Source of the DNA: Nitrospinota bacterium
GTDB taxonomy: Bacteria; Nitrospinota; Nitrospinia; Nitrospinales; VA-1
NCBI GenBank assembly: GCA_038108555.1
Contig: JAYNIA010000002.1
Location: 51,232 to 115,231 of the forward strand
Direction: 5' to 3'
DNA: 64,000 nucleotides
Under the pieces are notes generated by a model. That model was not told the DNA's origin, searched no databases, and saw nothing but the letters and a program-made list of their open reading frames with translations. This document shows positions 61,885 to 64,000 of the stretch, in pieces. The position numbers were made by a program, and so were the translations under genes. Position 1 is the stretch's first letter; the number at the start of each line of letters is the position of its first letter.

Positions 61885-63093
61885 ATGAAGAAGAACCAAA
61901 AAATTGCACTTTTAACCCAAAAACATGTTGCCCAAACTTATGGGCGATATCCCATTGCTTTGGTACGTGGGAAAGGAACTAAAGTGTGGGACAAGGACGC
62001 CAATCTCTATCTAGATTTTGTGAGTGGCCTTGCAGTAAACAATTTGGGTCATTGTCACCCGGCCGTTGTCTCAGCAATCAAAAAGCAGGCAGAAAAGCTT
62101 CTGCACGTCTCAAACTTATACCATATTGAACCCCAATCTCAACTGGCAGAGCAGCTCACTTCTCTGTGTTTTGCGAATAAATTTTTCTTTTGCAACAGCG
62201 GCACAGAGGCCATTGAGTCAGCCATCAAGCTGGCGAGGAAATATTCTTTTGACCAGGGGCATCCGGAACGCATAGAAATTATCACCATGGAGAATTCGTT
62301 CCATGGACGGACCTTCGGCGCATTATCGGCAACGACTCAGAAAAAATACCATATTGGTTTCCAACCTCTTTTAAAAGGTTTCAAATCCGTACCTTTTAAT
62401 AATTTAGAGGCTGTAAAAAAAGCAATCAACAAGAAAACCTGTGCGGTATTGGTCGAACCTATTCAGGGTGAAGGCGGTGTTAATGTTCCTGATCCGAACT
62501 ACCTTAAAGATCTAAAAGCACTCTGCAAAAAAAATAACATTCTCCTGATATTTGATGAAGTGCAAACCGGGTTTGGCCGAACCGGGAGCTTGTTTGCGCA
62601 CCAGCTTTTTAAAACCAAACCAGACATCATGACCCTGGCAAAAGCTTTGGGAGGTGGAGTTGCCATAGGAGCGCTGGGTGCTACAAATCAGGTTATGAAA
62701 TCGTTTGTACCGGGGACACATGCTGCCACTTTTGGTGGCAATCCACTGGCCTGTGCTGCGGCGCTGGCTTCCCTAAAAATCATCAATGGAAAAGGATTTT
62801 TAAGCAAAACCAGGGAGACAAGCGAATATTTCCTTAAATGCTTACATAAATTAGCCAACGAGCATTCAATTATTAAAAATGTGCGGGGGAAAGGATTGAT
62901 TCTCGCGGTTGAATTAAACAAACCGGGGGGACAAGCTGTTTTAGATTGCATGGAAAAAGGATTTCTTATCAATTGCATTCAGCAAAATGTTTTACGCTTT
63001 CTTCCTCCCTTGAACGTTTCCAGCAAGGATATTAATTCGCTTATACCCGTGTTATCAGAAAGCCTGACTCGGTTGGAAAAGTCTAAAAATTAG
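61885..63093 (+). CDS. argD: acetylornithine aminotransferase
   Basis: NSGTEA, SFHGRT, EPIQGEGG, DEVQTG, TLAKALGGG. Confidence 0.93.
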   Translation: MKKNQKIALLTQKHVAQTYGRYPIALVRGKGTKVWDKDANLYLDFVSGLAVNNLGHCHPAVVSAIKKQAEKLLHVSNLYHIEPQSQLAEQLTSLCFANKFFFCNSGTEAIESAIKLARKYSFDQGHPERIEIITMENSFHGRTFGALSATTQKKYHIGFQPLLKGFKSVPFNNLEAVKKAINKKTCAVLVEPIQGEGGVNVPDPNYLKDLKALCKKNNILLIFDEVQTGFGRTGSLFAHQLFKTKPDIMTLAKALGGGVAIGALGATNQVMKSFVPGTHAATFGGNPLACAAALASLKIINGKGFLSKTRETSEYFLKCLHKLANEHSIIKNVRGKGLILAVELNKPGGQAVLDCMEKGFLINCIQQNVLRFLPPLNVSSKDINSLIPVLSESLTRLEKSKN

Positions 63094-63107
63094 TCTCAAA
63101 AATTTTT

Positions 63108-64000
63108 ATGAAAAAAGATCTCCTAAGCATAAATGACTGTAGCCGCGAAGAAATCCTGGCACTCTTTGAAAAATCGACAGATTTGAAAAAGAAAAGGGAA
63201 AAAGGTATCGAACACCTTCCCTTAAAGGGCAAATCACTGGGAATGATTTTCAACAAACACTCAACTCGAACACGTATTTCCTTCGAGGTGGGAATGTATG
63301 AGTTGGGCGGACAAGCACTCTTTCTAACCGGGGACCAGTTGCAATTGAATCGGGGAGAAACTCTCAAAGACTCTGCCCAGGTTCTCTCACGTTACCTGAA
63401 CGGAATTCTGATTCGCACCCACGACCACCAGGAGGTGGTCGACCTTGCAGAACATGCAACCATCCCGGTTATCAATGGGCTTACAGACTTGAATCATCCC
63501 GTACAAATTCTTGCGGATATTTTTACAATCCGAGAAAAACTTGGAAAAATTGAAAATGTAAAAGTAGCCTACGTCGGAGACGCAAACAATGTAGCGTATT
63601 CCTGGATGACCGGAGCATCCCTGATGGAAATGGAGTTAGCCATCGCCTGCCCGGATGAATTTAAGCCCTCTTCCCTACCACTGCTATTGGGAAATGGGAA
63701 ACTTGAAATCACAGACGACCCCCTTAAAGCAGTCAAAAATGCCGACATAATTTATACCGATGTATGGATCAGCATGGGAGACACAGGAGATTTGGATAAA
63801 AAGGAAAAACTCCTGGCCCCTTATCAAATTAATCAGGAACTAATAGAAGCTACAGGGAAAGATTCCCTGGTCATGCACTGCCTTCCGGCTCATCGTGGGA
63901 TGGAGATCACATCAGAGGTATTGGATGGAAAAAACTCCATTGTTTTTGATCAGGCCGAGAACAGGTTGCATGTACAAAAAGCCATTCTCGAAACATTATT
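63108..64000 (+). CDS. argF: ornithine carbamoyltransferase (runs to the window end without a stop)
   Basis: My translation from ATG 63108: MKKDLLSI...STRTRISFE...HPVQILAD...TDVWISMG...HCLP...FDQAENRLH. Confidence 0.95.
   Translation, partial: MKKDLLSINDCSREEILALFEKSTDLKKKREKGIEHLPLKGKSLGMIFNKHSTRTRISFEVGMYELGGQALFLTGDQLQLNRGETLKDSAQVLSRYLNGILIRTHDHQEVVDLAEHATIPVINGLTDLNHPVQILADIFTIREKLGKIENVKVAYVGDANNVAYSWMTGASLMEMELAIACPDEFKPSSLPLLLGNGKLEITDDPLKAVKNADIIYTDVWISMGDTGDLDKKEKLLAPYQINQELIEATGKDSLVMHCLPAHRGMEITSEVLDGKNSIVFDQAENRLHVQKAILETL

Overview
Bacterial chromosomal window (AT-rich, gene-dense). Gene content and protein style suggest a marine Nitrospinota/Nitrospinaceae-like organism, but this is inferred and not verified. 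The first ~12 kb is an iron-homeostasis island: an ExbB-ExbD-ExbD-TonB operon, a secreted protein with nine DxNxDG repeats, a FecA-like TonB-dependent receptor, a DUF2325/atypical receiver/EAL module, a thioredoxin-like 2Fe-2S ferredoxin, fur and bfr. At least eight copies of a TTGAnAAnnnTnTCAA Fur-type palindrome tie it together. The rest is mostly housekeeping: map, era, hemW, mazG, gatB, bcp, uvrB, mreBCD-mrdA, ppiD, thiD-thiN fusion, glmS, fis, mtaB, smpB, ispA-dxs-hisB-hisH, nhaD, comF, argD and a partial argF. The most notable observations are: (1) a riboswitch-like leader with a switchable anti-Shine-Dalgarno helix in front of the Na+/H+ antiporter nhaD; (2) GlmU split into a stand-alone bacterial uridylyltransferase domain plus an archaeal-type GlmU homologue with substituted catalytic residues; (3) an apparently Fur-controlled c-di-GMP phosphodiesterase module with a structured RNA in its leader; (4) the calcium-loop repeat protein inside the TonB operon. 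I saw no rRNA, tRNA, CRISPR array, transposase or prophage genes.
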